A stretch of DNA of 64,000 bases from Actinomycetota bacterium (GCA_028697145.1 JAQVFR010000016.1:736-64735); one strand, 5' to 3'. Shown: positions 28,516-39,253, numbered from the stretch's first letter. Notes: generated from the sequence alone by a model not told the origin. Made by a program: numbers and translations.

Positions 28516-29815
28516 TGACCTCCAGCAGCACCTTATATATGCGCCTGCCGACTACCTTCTGCGCGGTCAGCCGCATGCCCTGGAACTCAACCGCCTCGCC
28601 CTGCTTGGGGATCTTACCCATGAGGTTGTACATGAGGCCACCCAGGGTGTCCCATTCATGCGCGGGGAGTTCGGTGCACAGCAGCTCGTTGAGGTCGTCG
28701 ATGGATATGCGGGCGTCGAAGGAGTACCTGCCGTCTCCCAGGCTCTCGTAGAGCTCGAGCGCGGCATCGTATTCGTCGAATATCTCCCCCACGATCTCCT
28801 CCAGGAGGTCCTCGATCGTGACCAGCCCGGAGGTGCCGCCGTACTCGTCCAGCACGATGGCCATGTGTATGGTCAGCGTCCTCAGCTCGGTGAGGAGCTC
28901 GCTCACCCGCTTCGTCTCCGGGACGAAGTAGGCCTCGCGCAGGAAATCCCGGGGTCTCACGTCGCTCTCTCCGCGCTTCAGGTAGGGCAGCAGGTCCTTG
29001 GCGTAGAGGACGCCCACGATGTGGTCGAAGTCGGCGCGGAACACCGGTATGCGCGAGAAACCCGTGCTCAGGATGATCTCCAGGCATTCCTCCAGGCCGG
29101 CCTCCTCGTCCAGCATGACCATGTCGGTCCTGGGTATCATCACCTCCCGCACCAGGGTGTCCCCGAACTCGAAGATGGAATGAATGAGTTTCTTCTCCTC
29201 CTCCTCGATGACGTCCTGTTCCTCGGCGGCGGAGACGAGCGCCTTGATGTCGCCCTCGGTGACGAAGGGGCCTTCCTTGATGGTCTTGCCCCCGAAGAGC
29301 CTGATGACGCCGTTGGAGATGAGGATGAGCACGCGCACGATCGGATAGAAGATGGTGGAGAGCAGATTCACGATGGGGGTAACGGCCAGGGCCACCCTCT
29401 CGGTGTGGTTCGTCGCGTACGTCTTTGGGGCCATCTCCGAGAAGATGAAGATGAGGAAGGTCATCATGCCCGTCGCCACCGCTCCCGCCACCGGCAGCCC
29501 GATGGAGTTGGCGAGACCAGTAGCGATCGCCGACGCGCCCACCTGCACCAGCAAGGTCAGCATGAGGATAGTGGAGAGAAAGCGGTTCGGCTGCTCCAGC
29601 AGCATGTCCAGCTTCTCCGCCCTGCGGTTGCCCTCGTCGCTCAGGGAACGGATGCGGAAGCGGTTCACGCTCACCAGGGATATCTCCGCCCCGGCCAGGA
29701 AGGCGGCTATGATCAGCAATCCGGCAAGCGCCGAAAGCCTCCAGGTCAGCTCCCCGCCGCTTATGCCTGCGGCTGTCGTCGCTACCGCCAGGGCATGTTG
29801 CGCGCCGGTTATCAT
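28487..29815 (-). CDS. CNNM/DUF21-CBS-CorC_HlyC family protein (hemolysin-like / putative Mg/Co efflux)
   Basis: 442 aa. N-terminal 4-TM DUF21, CBS pair (VREVMIPR.., VFR..HIVG), C-terminal CorC domain. Confidence 0.85.
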   Translation of the reverse strand: MITGAQHALAVATTAAGISGGELTWRLSALAGLLIIAAFLAGAEISLVSVNRFRIRSLSDEGNRRAEKLDMLLEQPNRFLSTILMLTLLVQVGASAIATGLANSIGLPVAGAVATGMMTFLIFIFSEMAPKTYATNHTERVALAVTPIVNLLSTIFYPIVRVLILISNGVIRLFGGKTIKEGPFVTEGDIKALVSAAEEQDVIEEEEKKLIHSIFEFGDTLVREVMIPRTDMVMLDEEAGLEECLEIILSTGFSRIPVFRADFDHIVGVLYAKDLLPYLKRGESDVRPRDFLREAYFVPETKRVSELLTELRTLTIHMAIVLDEYGGTSGLVTIEDLLEEIVGEIFDEYDAALELYESLGDGRYSFDARISIDDLNELLCTELPAHEWDTLGGLMYNLMGKIPKQGEAVEFQGMRLTAQKVVGRRIYKVLLEVIDREECVGE

Positions 29816-30246
29816 CGGGCATCGCCCCCGGGCAGCCCGAGTATCTCCCTCAGGCGCCGCTCCATGATCTCGGCGCCCTCCTCGTCATCGTCCTCGTATC
29901 CGAGCAGGTGCATCACGCCATGGGCGGCCACGAACTCCAGCTCCCTTCCCCTTTCCACACCATATTCTTCCCTCCTGGACATAACTTTTTCCGGGCAGAT
30001 CACCACGTCGCCGAGGAGGTATCCTTCCTCGCTTTCCTCACCGAGCGGAAAGGCCAGCACATCCGTGGGGCCCTGCCTGGAAAGGTAGCGCAGGTTAAGC
30101 ACGCTTATCTCCGCCTCGTCCAGAGCCGAGACGGAGACGACGGCGTCCTTCCTCGCTTTCTCTGCCCTCATTACCTTCATGCAGCTCTTCCTGATCGCCC
30201 TGGGATTTACGCCCGGCGCGCCGGCCCGGTTCACGGTGACCTTCAC
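29812..30246 (-). CDS. ybeY: rRNA maturation endoribonuclease YbeY
   Basis: AHGVMHLLGYEDD zinc-binding motif, 144 aa. Confidence 0.9.
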   Translation of the reverse strand: MKVTVNRAGAPGVNPRAIRKSCMKVMRAEKARKDAVVSVSALDEAEISVLNLRYLSRQGPTDVLAFPLGEESEEGYLLGDVVICPEKVMSRREEYGVERGRELEFVAAHGVMHLLGYEDDDEEGAEIMERRLREILGLPGGDAR

Positions 30247-32345
30247 GACACCCCTTCCTCCTTGACGAGGACCGGATATTCGATGCGTTCATGATACATG
30301 CCGGAGAGCACGCGCACGAAGGCCTTGCTCATCTTCTCCAGGTCCCCCATGGTCATGTTGGACTCGCTCAGCTGTCCGTCCTCGAGCCTCTCTTCGACCA
30401 GCGACTTCACCAGTTGCTCCAGCTTTACCGGCGTCGGCTTTTCCAGCGCCTTGGCCGCCGCCTCGACGGCATCCGCCAGCATCACCAGCGCCGCCTCCTT
30501 GCTCTGGGGTTTCTCTCCGGGATAGCGGAAGCGGCTCTCCGAGACCGCGTCGGCTCCGCCTCCCTCCTCGAGCGCGCGGGCGTAGAAATAGCGCACCAGG
30601 GAGGTGCCGTGGTGCTGCCTGATGATGTCGACCACCTCCTGCGGAAGATGGTATTCGCGCGCCAGCTCAACGCCCTCCTTCACGTGCGCGGTGATGACCA
30701 GGGCGCTCAGGTTGGGTTTGAGGTTGACGTGCCCGTTCGATCCCGACGGCTGATTCTCCACGAAAAAGGAGGACCTCTTTATCTTGCCGATATCGTGATA
30801 GTAAGAGCCGACCCTGGCGAGCTGGGCGTCGGCGCCGATCTCGAGGGCCGCTGCGTTGGCGAGGTTGCCCATGATGACGCTGTGGCTGTAGGTCCCGGGC
30901 GCCTTCGACACGAGTTCCCTCATCAGGGGCTGATCCGGTGAGGCGAGCTCCAGGAGGTGCATGGGGGTCGTTATGCCCGATATCCTCTCCAGGACCGGGA
31001 GCAGGCCGAGGGTGAGCACCGCCGTAACGGCACCGTTCCCGAGGCCCAGCAGCCCCGCCAGCAGTATGAAACGCATGTCCTTGATGAGGCTGGCGGTGAT
31101 CATGGAGATGACCGCGAGGATAAGCGATATCTCCACCGCCGCCCGTATGAGGTCCTCTCTCTTCCTGATCTCCGTCACCAGCAGGGCGGCCGCTATGCCG
31201 CCCAGCAGGGCGGAGAAGGTGAGGTATATGTTGCCCTTCACGAAAAGGCCGGTGAGGATGCCTCCCGACACCACCATGAACAAGGCCACGAGGTCGTCGA
31301 GGAGCACCGCCAGGATCAATCCCACGAGGGCCAGCGGTATGAGATAACCCCACAGGGGGTTCTCGTCGATGAACACGGCGCAGACACGGCAGGAGACGCA
31401 GAAGGCCAGAAAGACCAGGCATATCATCGCCACTACCCTCCAGTTGCCTGCTATATCCGGACGGAAGCGCTTGAAGAAGACGAGGGCCATGGCATAGAGG
31501 ACGATGACCATGACGCTGATGCCCAGCACCTGCTGGTAATTCCCCACCGGGGAAAGGGCACCCGCCTCGCTCAGCGAAGCCAGGGTGAGTTCGCTGATGA
31601 TCTCTCCCTTCTCGACGATCTTCTGTCCGGCGCTGTAATTTGCCGCCACCGCCTCGACGTTGTTCATCGCGTCCTCGATGTCGCGCTCTATCAACTCCGA
31701 CGAGTAGGCGGTGTTCGTGGCGAGGAACGAGGCGGCAAGCTCCATCGAGGCCTGGCGTATATCCTCGGCGAGGGGCATGGCCTCCGCCCTGAGCTTTATC
31801 TCATCCTTTTTCTCCTTGAGGTTGTCGCTGGAAACCGGCCTCGACATTGCCGTCGTGAGCAGGTCGACCGCGGTCGCGAAGATGATGGGGGAGTCCTCCT
31901 CGGATGCCTGCAGTATGGTCTTCATGGACTTCAGGCTCATGTCCGGGGCCTCCTCGGCGAGCAGGGCATTGATCTTGTCGGTCAGGTCGCCCTCGAGGAC
32001 GGACGTCTCGCGGGCGCGGTCGAAGAAAAGGCCCAGCCTCGACAGGGCTTCCCGGTTGGCGGAATCGTCGACGAAGAGGCGCTCCTTTCTCGCCCGCTCC
32101 GCCTCGCGCGCCTCGCGGGTGGCCTCCTCGTCGACGACGCTGAAATCGCGAGAGGAGATCACCGTCTCCGTGCTCGGTTTTCCGACCTCGAAGCGCGCCA
32201 CCCTGGGCGCGTATTCCAGGACTAGCAGGGCCAGGATGAGGACGAGCAGGGCCAGGGATATCAGCAGGGCCCTTTTCTCCCCGCTTCGCGGGATGATGGA
32301 CCTGTACCAGGGGTGATGGCCTTTAGGACCTTCTTTATCTTCCAT
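30243..32345 (-). CDS. 7TM-receptor HD-domain phosphohydrolase (PgpH/YqfF-like)
   Basis: Extracellular domain, 7 TM helices, HD domain (HS..MG.LA, YHDIGK). Start is uncertain: ATG at 32345 or 32390, or GTG at 32474. Confidence 0.75.
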   Translation of the reverse strand: MEDKEGPKGHHPWYRSIIPRSGEKRALLISLALLVLILALLVLEYAPRVARFEVGKPSTETVISSRDFSVVDEEATREAREAERARKERLFVDDSANREALSRLGLFFDRARETSVLEGDLTDKINALLAEEAPDMSLKSMKTILQASEEDSPIIFATAVDLLTTAMSRPVSSDNLKEKKDEIKLRAEAMPLAEDIRQASMELAASFLATNTAYSSELIERDIEDAMNNVEAVAANYSAGQKIVEKGEIISELTLASLSEAGALSPVGNYQQVLGISVMVIVLYAMALVFFKRFRPDIAGNWRVVAMICLVFLAFCVSCRVCAVFIDENPLWGYLIPLALVGLILAVLLDDLVALFMVVSGGILTGLFVKGNIYLTFSALLGGIAAALLVTEIRKREDLIRAAVEISLILAVISMITASLIKDMRFILLAGLLGLGNGAVTAVLTLGLLPVLERISGITTPMHLLELASPDQPLMRELVSKAPGTYSHSVIMGNLANAAALEIGADAQLARVGSYYHDIGKIKRSSFFVENQPSGSNGHVNLKPNLSALVITAHVKEGVELAREYHLPQEVVDIIRQHHGTSLVRYFYARALEEGGGADAVSESRFRYPGEKPQSKEAALVMLADAVEAAAKALEKPTPVKLEQLVKSLVEERLEDGQLSESNMTMGDLEKMSKAFVRVLSGMYHERIEYPVLVKEEGVS

Positions 32346-32492
32346 GTCAACTATCTTGCTTATTATACGATAATCTCCGCCAAACGGCATGGGCAGGCAC
32401 GCTGCCGAAGCCGAACGGGTCCGCCGGGGGCAGTGCACTCGAGGTCCCTGCCCACGCCCGGGCATCAGGCTCACCCCGCAGGATCCTTACGC

Positions 32493-33503
32493 TCATCCTC
32501 CGCCGCCACCCCCCTGGTCCCGCGAATCGTCGTAGATGCGATATGCGCGTACTATCTCCTGGACGATCTTGTGACGCACCACATCCCTCTCGTCAAGATA
32601 CACGAACTCTATCCCTTCTATGTCGGTGAGGATCTTCCTCACCACGTTCATCCCCGAGCGCTGCCCCCCCGGCAGGTCTATCTGGGTTATATCCCCGGTG
32701 ACCACCGCCTTTGATCCGAAACCCAGGCGGGTGAGGAACATCTTCATCTGCTCCGGTGACGTGTTCTGCGCCTCGTCCAGCACGATGAAGGAATCGTTGA
32801 GGGTGCGTCCGCGCATGTAGGCCAGCGGCGCAACCTCGATTATCCCCTGCTCCATGTAGCGTGAGAACTTCTCCACATCCACCATCTCGTAAAGGCAGTC
32901 GTAGAGCGGCCTCAGGTACGGGTCGACCTTCTGGTAGAGGTCCCCCGGGAGGAAGCCCAGCTTCTCTCCCGCCTCCACCGCGGGGCGGGTGAGGATGATC
33001 CTTCCCACCTCCTTGGAGAGCAGCGCCTTCACGGCCATGGCCATGGCCAGGTAGGTCTTTCCCGTGCCCGCCGGTCCGATGGAGAAGACGATGGTGTTGG
33101 AGCGGATGGCCTCCACGTAGCGCTTCTGGTTGGGTGTCTTGGGGCGGATCAGCTTGCCGCGCCGGGAGATGATGATGTCGGTGAAGACGTCGGTGGGCTT
33201 GAGCTCGCCCTCTTCCATGACCATCTCGATGGCTTTCTCCACGCTGTCGGCGCTCAGCGCCATGCCGGAACTCAAGAGCTCCAGCAGTTCCTCGAAGAGC
33301 CTGCCGATGCTCTCCAGTTCCGCGGCGTCGCCTCGGATGGTGATCTCGTTGCCGCGCACCATTATGGAGCTCTTGAAGGCCTTCTCGATTATCTTCAGCA
33401 GTTCGTCGCGGTCGCCCAGGAGGCTCACCATGGGCTGGCTGCCCGGAACCAGTATCTTCAGCTCGCTTTTCGATCCCTGTTCGTCCATCTCTCCTTCCCG
33501 CAT
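32493..33503 (-). CDS. phoH: PhoH family ATPase
   Basis: GPAGTGKTYLA, LTRPAVEAGE.LGFLPGD, LDEAQN, VVTGD.TQIDLP. Confidence 0.9.
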   Translation of the reverse strand: MREGEMDEQGSKSELKILVPGSQPMVSLLGDRDELLKIIEKAFKSSIMVRGNEITIRGDAAELESIGRLFEELLELLSSGMALSADSVEKAIEMVMEEGELKPTDVFTDIIISRRGKLIRPKTPNQKRYVEAIRSNTIVFSIGPAGTGKTYLAMAMAVKALLSKEVGRIILTRPAVEAGEKLGFLPGDLYQKVDPYLRPLYDCLYEMVDVEKFSRYMEQGIIEVAPLAYMRGRTLNDSFIVLDEAQNTSPEQMKMFLTRLGFGSKAVVTGDITQIDLPGGQRSGMNVVRKILTDIEGIEFVYLDERDVVRHKIVQEIVRAYRIYDDSRDQGGGGGG

Positions 33504-33526
33504 CTCCGTCCTTCTGCCCTTCGCCG

Positions 33527-33874
33527 CTATCCCGGCGGCCAGTGCAGTCTCCTTCCCCCCAGAACATGAAAGTGCAGGTGCTGTACGATCTGCTCCGCGT
33601 CTCTTCCCACGTTGGTCAGTATGCGCATGCCCGTCGCCGCGATACCCTCCTTCTCCGCGACCTCCCTGATGACCTCGAAAACGCGCGAGAGGAGCCCGGC
33701 GTCCGCGGCCGTCAGGTCCAGGACGGAGACGATGTGCTTCACGGGAACGACCAGGAAATGGACGGGCGCCTGCGGATGGATGTCGCGAAAGGCGACGACC
33801 TCATCGTCCGCGTGGAGGAATTCCGTTTCCATCTCGCCGCCGGCTATCCTGCAGAAGAGACAGTCTTCCATCAT
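33527..33874 (-). CDS. HIT (histidine triad) family protein
   Basis: CLFCRI..FRDI.PQAPVHFLV.PK.H..HLHFHVLGG. Start is ATG at 33874 or 33871, or TTG at 33916 (a TTGA overlap with the mtaB stop). Confidence 0.8.
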   Translation of the reverse strand: MMEDCLFCRIAGGEMETEFLHADDEVVAFRDIHPQAPVHFLVVPVKHIVSVLDLTAADAGLLSRVFEVIREVAEKEGIAATGMRILTNVGRDAEQIVQHLHFHVLGGRRLHWPPG

Positions 33875-33912
33875 CTTCCTTTCTCTCGTTCCCGTGTCTT
33901 TTCCCTCTTGGC

Positions 33913-35187
33913 TCAATCAGCGGTCCTCGCCGCCTGCCCCAGGAGGGCCATTCCCTCGAACACCCCGCGTATCTCCAGGTAGAGGATCTCGCCCGTCCTC
34001 ACATCCCCCTCCACGCCTGGAGCTGCGCCCTTTATAAAGTCCTCCGTCGTCCCGAAAGCCGTATCTCCGCTTTCCCCGCTCGCGAGGTTTTCGACCAGCA
34101 GTCCCCGGATTTCGCCTCTGCGTTCCTCAATGTACCCCAAACGCCACTCCTCCGCCAGTTGGCGCAGCACCGCCGACCTCTTCTCCGCTTCCCGCGGCGA
34201 GGGGACGTCGCCGCGCCCCCACGCCCTCGTCCCGGGCCGTGGCGAGAAGCGGAAGACGTGCAGCCGAGCGGGCATCGCCTCCCGCAATACCTTCAGCGTG
34301 CGCAGGAAAGACCCCTCGTCCTCTCCGGGCAGTCCCACTATGACCTCGGTGGTGAGAGCGGCCTCCGGCCAGGTCTCCCGCATCGCGCCCACGGCGGCGA
34401 GAAAATCTCGTGGGCCGTAACCCCTGCCCATGTCGCGCAGGACGTCCTCGTCGCCGCTCTGCAGGGGAAGGTGCAGGTGCGGGCAGACGCGGCCGAACGA
34501 CGCCCATTCCGCCAGCCACTCGTCGCGCAGGTCCTCGACCTCGATGGAGCTCATCCTTACCCTGAAATCCTCTCCCGCCGAGAGCACCTGCCTCACCAGC
34601 GCAGCCAGGTCCGTACCGCCATCGTGCCGGTATCTCCCCAGGTTGACGCCGCACAGGACCAGCTCCCCGGCGCCCGCCTCCAGGCAGCTCGACACCGCTC
34701 TCATGACCTCCGCGGGAGGCCGCGACCTCTCCCTGCCCCGCGCTCGCGGCACGATGCAGTAAGAGCAGCCCCGCTCGCAACCGTCCTGGACCTTGATGAA
34801 GGCGCGGGCGCGGCGTCGCCACGTGCCCGCTCCGCCCCGGCCTCCCTCGGGGAGCAGCGAGGTTATCTCCTCCAGCCAACCCTCCTTGCGCGTGTTGGGG
34901 ATGACGCGGACCACCCCCGGCAGGCTCTCCAGGTCCCCGGGATTCACCTCCGCGTAACATCCCGCGACCACGATGGAGGAGGCGCCCCTCCTCCCCAGCA
35001 TGCGTATGAGCTTGCGGCACTTGCGGTCGCTCTCGGAGGTCACCGTGCAGGTGTTCACCACGCAGAGGTCGGCCAAGGCGACGTCCATGACGATGCGATG
35101 GCCCGCCTTCTCCAGGCCGGACTTGAGCTCATCGCTCTCGGCCTGGTTTACCTTGCAGCCCAGGGTATACACCGCCACGTCAGCCAT
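33913..35187 (-). CDS. mtaB: tRNA threonylcarbamoyladenosine methylthiotransferase MtaB (MiaB-like radical SAM)
   Basis: ATG at 35187 lies 5 nt after GAGGG. VAVYTLGCKVNQAES, radical SAM CERGCSYC, TRAM-like C-terminus. Position after dnaJ-rsmE matches yqeV synteny. Confidence 0.8.
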   Translation of the reverse strand: MADVAVYTLGCKVNQAESDELKSGLEKAGHRIVMDVALADLCVVNTCTVTSESDRKCRKLIRMLGRRGASSIVVAGCYAEVNPGDLESLPGVVRVIPNTRKEGWLEEITSLLPEGGRGGAGTWRRRARAFIKVQDGCERGCSYCIVPRARGRERSRPPAEVMRAVSSCLEAGAGELVLCGVNLGRYRHDGGTDLAALVRQVLSAGEDFRVRMSSIEVEDLRDEWLAEWASFGRVCPHLHLPLQSGDEDVLRDMGRGYGPRDFLAAVGAMRETWPEAALTTEVIVGLPGEDEGSFLRTLKVLREAMPARLHVFRFSPRPGTRAWGRGDVPSPREAEKRSAVLRQLAEEWRLGYIEERRGEIRGLLVENLASGESGDTAFGTTEDFIKGAAPGVEGDVRTGEILYLEIRGVFEGMALLGQAARTAD

Positions 35188-35195
35188 CTTTGCCC

Positions 35196-35924
35196 TCACA
35201 ACAAGCCATAATGGCACCTCACCGCGGCCATGAGGACCATGCCCGCGGTCTCCGTGCGCAGGATGTTACTGCCCAGGGATACTGGCAGGGCCCCCGCTTC
35301 GGCCAGCGACTTTCTCTCCTCTTCGGCAAGCCCTCCCTCGGGACCGACCAGCAGCGCCAGTTCACCCGGATTCCTGCCGGCGAGGGCCGTCGCCGGCCTC
35401 TCGCCTCCAGCCTCATCCGCGAAGAGGGCCAGGTCCATGCCCTCCAGCAGTGCCAGCACCTCGTCCCAGGACCTTACCTCCGCTACCTCCGGAAGAAAAG
35501 GCCGGCCAGCCACGCGCGCCGCCTCCAGGGCTATCCTGCGCCACCTCTTCACTTTCCCGGCGTACGTGGCATGTGCCCGCCGCGAACGCGCGGCCAGGAA
35601 AGGCTGCAGGGAGGCTGCCCCCAGCTCCACCCCGCCCTGCACGACGCCGTCCATCTTCGAGCCGCCGGGGATCCCCTGGAAGAGGTGAAGCAGCGGGCGT
35701 TCCTCCACGGCCTGGGAAGTCTCGTTGACGACGACCGACGTGCCGGCCGGGGTGATGCTCTCGATGGTCCCCCGCCCGATGCAGCCTTTCCCGTCCATGA
35801 GGATGATGCTCTCGCCGGCGCGCATCCTCAGCACGCGGCTCGCGTGGTGATGCTCCGGCCCTTCGAGCACCAGCCGCCCCGAGCTGAGGGCCTGCCCGGA
35901 GACGTAGAACCTCGCGGTGGTCAA
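35196..35924 (-). CDS. rsmE: 16S rRNA (uracil1498-N3)-methyltransferase
   Basis: RFYV..HH...VLR...G, LLVGPEGG..EE, LG..ILR.ETA. Confidence 0.85.
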   Translation of the reverse strand: MTTARFYVSGQALSSGRLVLEGPEHHHASRVLRMRAGESIILMDGKGCIGRGTIESITPAGTSVVVNETSQAVEERPLLHLFQGIPGGSKMDGVVQGGVELGAASLQPFLAARSRRAHATYAGKVKRWRRIALEAARVAGRPFLPEVAEVRSWDEVLALLEGMDLALFADEAGGERPATALAGRNPGELALLVGPEGGLAEEERKSLAEAGALPVSLGSNILRTETAGMVLMAAVRCHYGLL

Positions 35925-37030
35925 TACTCCTGCCTTATCGCCTTGCGCAGGCGTCCGACGATGCCGGGAGAATCCTTCTTCCCCGACTCTATGCGCTGGA
36001 ATTCCTTGAGCAGTCTCTTCTGCTCCGCGCTGAGCTTGCGCGGCACCCTCACCTCGAGGGTGAGATAGATGTCGCCCTTGCGCTGCGACCTCACGCTGGG
36101 CATGCCCTTGCCCCTGAGCCGGAAGACGTCCCCCGGCTGGCTCCCGGCGGGTATCTGCAGCCTCTCCTCGCCGTTGAGCGTCGTTACCTCGATCTCGGTG
36201 CCCAGGGCGGCTTCGGAGATCTCGACGCTTATCACGGCGTGCAGGTCGCTGCCGCGGCGGGTGAAGGTTTCGTGCTCAGCCACCCTGACCTCAACGTAGA
36301 GGTCGCCCGCCGCACCTCCCATGTGTCCCGCCTCCCCGCGGCCGGGAAGGCGGACGCGGTCGCCGTCGTCGACCCCCGCGGGGATGTTCACCTGTACCTT
36401 GTCGATTATGCGTGCCGCGCCCCGGCCGTCGCATGCCGGGCAGGGATGGGTGTTTATCTCGCCTGCTCCACCACAGCGGCGGCAGGTCGTGGACGAAGTG
36501 AAGGCCCCGAAAGCGCTGCGGCGCGTGTGTACTGTCTTGCCCTCTCCCCCGCAATCCGGGCAGAGGTCATGATCGAACCCGCTGGCGAGCCCCGTCCCCC
36601 CACACTCGTCGCAGGTCTCGCTCCTTGGCATCTCCAGTTCGCGCACCGTCCCGGCGTATGCTTCCACGAGGGATATCTCCACCACGGCCAGGAGGTCGCT
36701 GCCGCGCCGAGGCGCGCGGGCGAAGCCCGGCTGCCCACGCCCGAAGAATATGTTGAATATGTCGCCGAATGATCCGCCGAAGCCCTCGAACGGGCTGCCG
36801 TACGGCGAGGCGCTCAGCCCCTCGTCCCCGAGGAGGTCGTACCTTCTCCTCTTCTCCGGGTCGCTCAAGACCTCGTAGGCCTTGCTTATCTCCTTGAAAC
36901 GGTCGCCCCCGTCGTCATCCGATGTGCTGACGTCGGGGTGGTGAAGCCGCGCCAGGCGACGGTAGGCTTTCTTGATCTCCTCCTGGTCGGCCCCCCGTGA
37001 AACGCCCAGTATCTCGTAGTAGTCTTTCAT
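35921..37030 (-). CDS. dnaJ: molecular chaperone DnaJ
   Basis: J domain DYYEILGV..HPD, G/F region, four CxxCxGxG repeats. Confidence 0.95.
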   Translation of the reverse strand: MKDYYEILGVSRGADQEEIKKAYRRLARLHHPDVSTSDDDGGDRFKEISKAYEVLSDPEKRRRYDLLGDEGLSASPYGSPFEGFGGSFGDIFNIFFGRGQPGFARAPRRGSDLLAVVEISLVEAYAGTVRELEMPRSETCDECGGTGLASGFDHDLCPDCGGEGKTVHTRRSAFGAFTSSTTCRRCGGAGEINTHPCPACDGRGAARIIDKVQVNIPAGVDDGDRVRLPGRGEAGHMGGAAGDLYVEVRVAEHETFTRRGSDLHAVISVEISEAALGTEIEVTTLNGEERLQIPAGSQPGDVFRLRGKGMPSVRSQRKGDIYLTLEVRVPRKLSAEQKRLLKEFQRIESGKKDSPGIVGRLRKAIRQEY

Positions 37031-37049
37031 GGCCTTTCCGCTTTGCCCC

Positions 37050-38078
37050 CTAACCCTTGAGCATCTCGAGCGTACGGCTCAGGGACTTGGCGATAAAGTC
37101 GACCGTCGGGATCACCCGGGCATAGTCCATGCGCGTTGAGCCGAGCACGCTCACCGTTCCGACCATCTCCTCGCCAATGGCATACGGGGTGGCCACCAGG
37201 CTGAAGGACTGCAGCTCCTTGTAGAGGTTCTCGTCTCCGATGCGAACCATGAGCTCTTTCGAACCCAGGGCCTCTCCCAGCATATTGAGGAGAAAATACT
37301 GTTCCTCGAAGTGTTCGAGGAGGTTCTCGATCCTCTTCAACCCCTCGCTGTCCAGGTAACGCAGCAGGTTCGCCGTGCCACCGACGTAGACCTTCTCGTA
37401 CTCGTCCTCGGTCAATATATCCCGGATCACGCTGATCGCCCTGGCGGTTAAGAGCGGGGACTTCAGCTTCCCGACATCCGGGTGAAAGGCGAGATCAGCC
37501 ACCTTTTCAAGCCCCTTTCCCTGCAGGTTGTGGTTGAGGAAGGACTGGATCTCGTCTAGGTCTATGGTTTCCTCCGAGTCCTTGACGTCAATGAGCTTCT
37601 TCTCCACGCGGCCTGTATCGGTGATGATCACCAGCAGGACGATGTCCTCCGCCAGGTTCACCAGGTCGACGTGTTTTATGTTGGTGCGCCGCAGCCGCGG
37701 GGCTATGACCATCGCCGCCGCGCTGGTGAGGCGCGACAGCAGGGTGCTGGTCTCCTGCAGCAGGCCTTCCAGCTCCTTCGTCTTGTGGGAGAAGAGCGTG
37801 ATGATGGCGCTTTTCTCCTCCTGCCGCAGCCGCGTCCTCCCGCTCAGGCTGTCCACGTAGAAGCGGTAGCCCAGGTCCGTCGGCACCCGTCCCGCCGAGG
37901 TATGGGGCTGAAACAGGTATCCCATGCCCTCGAGCTTGCTCAACTCGTTGCGGATGGTGGCCGCGCTTATGCCCAGGTTGAGATGCTGCGCCAGGGACTT
38001 CGATCCCACCGGCGCGCCGGTGGTGATGAATTTATAGACCACCGTCTTCAGTATCTTCTGCTGTCTCTTGTCAAGCAT
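37050..38078 (-). CDS. hrcA: heat-inducible transcription repressor HrcA
   Basis: R...IL..V...Y...G.PVGS..L, IRNE...LE..G, 342 aa. A CIRCE operator sits immediately upstream. Confidence 0.95.
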   Translation of the reverse strand: MLDKRQQKILKTVVYKFITTGAPVGSKSLAQHLNLGISAATIRNELSKLEGMGYLFQPHTSAGRVPTDLGYRFYVDSLSGRTRLRQEEKSAIITLFSHKTKELEGLLQETSTLLSRLTSAAAMVIAPRLRRTNIKHVDLVNLAEDIVLLVIITDTGRVEKKLIDVKDSEETIDLDEIQSFLNHNLQGKGLEKVADLAFHPDVGKLKSPLLTARAISVIRDILTEDEYEKVYVGGTANLLRYLDSEGLKRIENLLEHFEEQYFLLNMLGEALGSKELMVRIGDENLYKELQSFSLVATPYAIGEEMVGTVSVLGSTRMDYARVIPTVDFIAKSLSRTLEMLKG

Positions 38079-38105
38079 TTAGCACTCTCCTCCTTTGAGT
38101 GCTAC
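38079..38105. promoter_or_regulatory. CIRCE operator (HrcA binding site)
   Basis: TTAGCACTC-N9-GAGTGCTAc inverted repeat abutting the hrcA start codon. The 9-nt spacer carries the RBS (minus sense AAAGGAGGA). Confidence 0.85.
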
Positions 38106-38140
38106 ATCACTAATAAGGTATCGGTTCCCCGGACTCGGCG

Positions 38141-39253
38141 TCAAGCTGGGAGCAGTTCCGCGATGACTTCGTTGGATAACAGCATCCCCCGCGCCGTGAG
38201 ATGGACGCGCCCGCCTCCCGCCGCCAGCAGTCCCATCTCCTCCAGGTCCCCGAGGCGACTGCCGCCATGCGCGAGGATGCCACGCGGCACGCCGCGCGCG
38301 GTCCTCAGCCCCAGCATTATCTCCTCCGCGCGGCCTTCAGCCTCTCCCACGTATTCGAGCCCCTCGGCGGGCGGCAGGCCGCCCCGGGAGACGGAGCGCA
38401 TGTAGGCCAGGAGCGATACGGTGTTGTGAAAACGGTATCCGCCCAGGAAGGAATGGGCTCCCGCCCCCACGCCCAGGTATTCCTCCCGCCTCCAGTAGGC
38501 CATGTTGTGGCGGCAGGCATGGCCTGGCAGGGAGAAATTGGATATCTCGTAATGCTCGTAGCCCGCCGCCTCCATCTCGGCACAGGCCGCCAGGTATTGC
38601 TCCGCGACCTCGTCTTCTTCGGGCATGGCCACTTCGCCTCTCCGCACCGCTCTCGACATGGGAGAATTAACGGACAGGGTGAGGGCGTAGAGGCTGACGT
38701 GCTGGGGCGCGGCGGCGATCACCTCCCGCAGGCCCGCCAGGAAGGACGCGGCGTCCCCACCCGGAACGCCCAGGAGCAGGTCGACCGAGACGGAGGCGGC
38801 ACCGCTCCCCGTGGCCTTCGCGAGCGCCCGCATTGCGGCCGCGGCGTCGTGCTTTCTTCCCAGCAGCCTGAGTGCGTCATCGCCCAGCGACTGCACGCCG
38901 ATGCTCAGTCGGTTCACGCCGCCCGCGCATGCCGCGGCGTAATCCTCAGCGACCCAGGTGGCGGGGTTCACCTCAACGGTTACCTCGGCCCCCTCGCGCA
39001 GCCCGAAACGCTCCGCTATCCCGCCCACCAGCGACGAGATCTCCTCTCCGCTCAGCGTGGACGGCGTGCCCCCACCGATATAGACGGAGCTCAACGCGGT
39101 GTCTCTTCGCCCGAGAAGGCCCCGCCAGAGGCCGATCTCAGCGAGCAGCGCGGCCATGTACCCGCGCATGCGGCTTTCGTCGCACACCCGCGCGTTGAAA
39201 TCGCAATAGCTGCATCGCGAGAGGCAGAAAGGCCAGTGCACGTAGAGCCTCAT
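38141..39253 (-). CDS. hemW: radical SAM heme chaperone HemW (oxygen-independent coproporphyrinogen-III oxidase-like)
   Basis: ATG at 39253 forms an ATGA overlap with the lepA stop. [25 protein letters not shown]. Confidence 0.85.
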   Translation of the reverse strand: MRLYVHWPFCLSRCSYCDFNARVCDESRMRGYMAALLAEIGLWRGLLGRRDTALSSVYIGGGTPSTLSGEEISSLVGGIAERFGLREGAEVTVEVNPATWVAEDYAAACAGGVNRLSIGVQSLGDDALRLLGRKHDAAAAMRALAKATGSGAASVSVDLLLGVPGGDAASFLAGLREVIAAAPQHVSLYALTLSVNSPMSRAVRRGEVAMPEEDEVAEQYLAACAEMEAAGYEHYEISNFSLPGHACRHNMAYWRREEYLGVGAGAHSFLGGYRFHNTVSLLAYMRSVSRGGLPPAEGLEYVGEAEGRAEEIMLGLRTARGVPRGILAHGGSRLGDLEEMGLLAAGGGRVHLTARGMLLSNEVIAELLPA

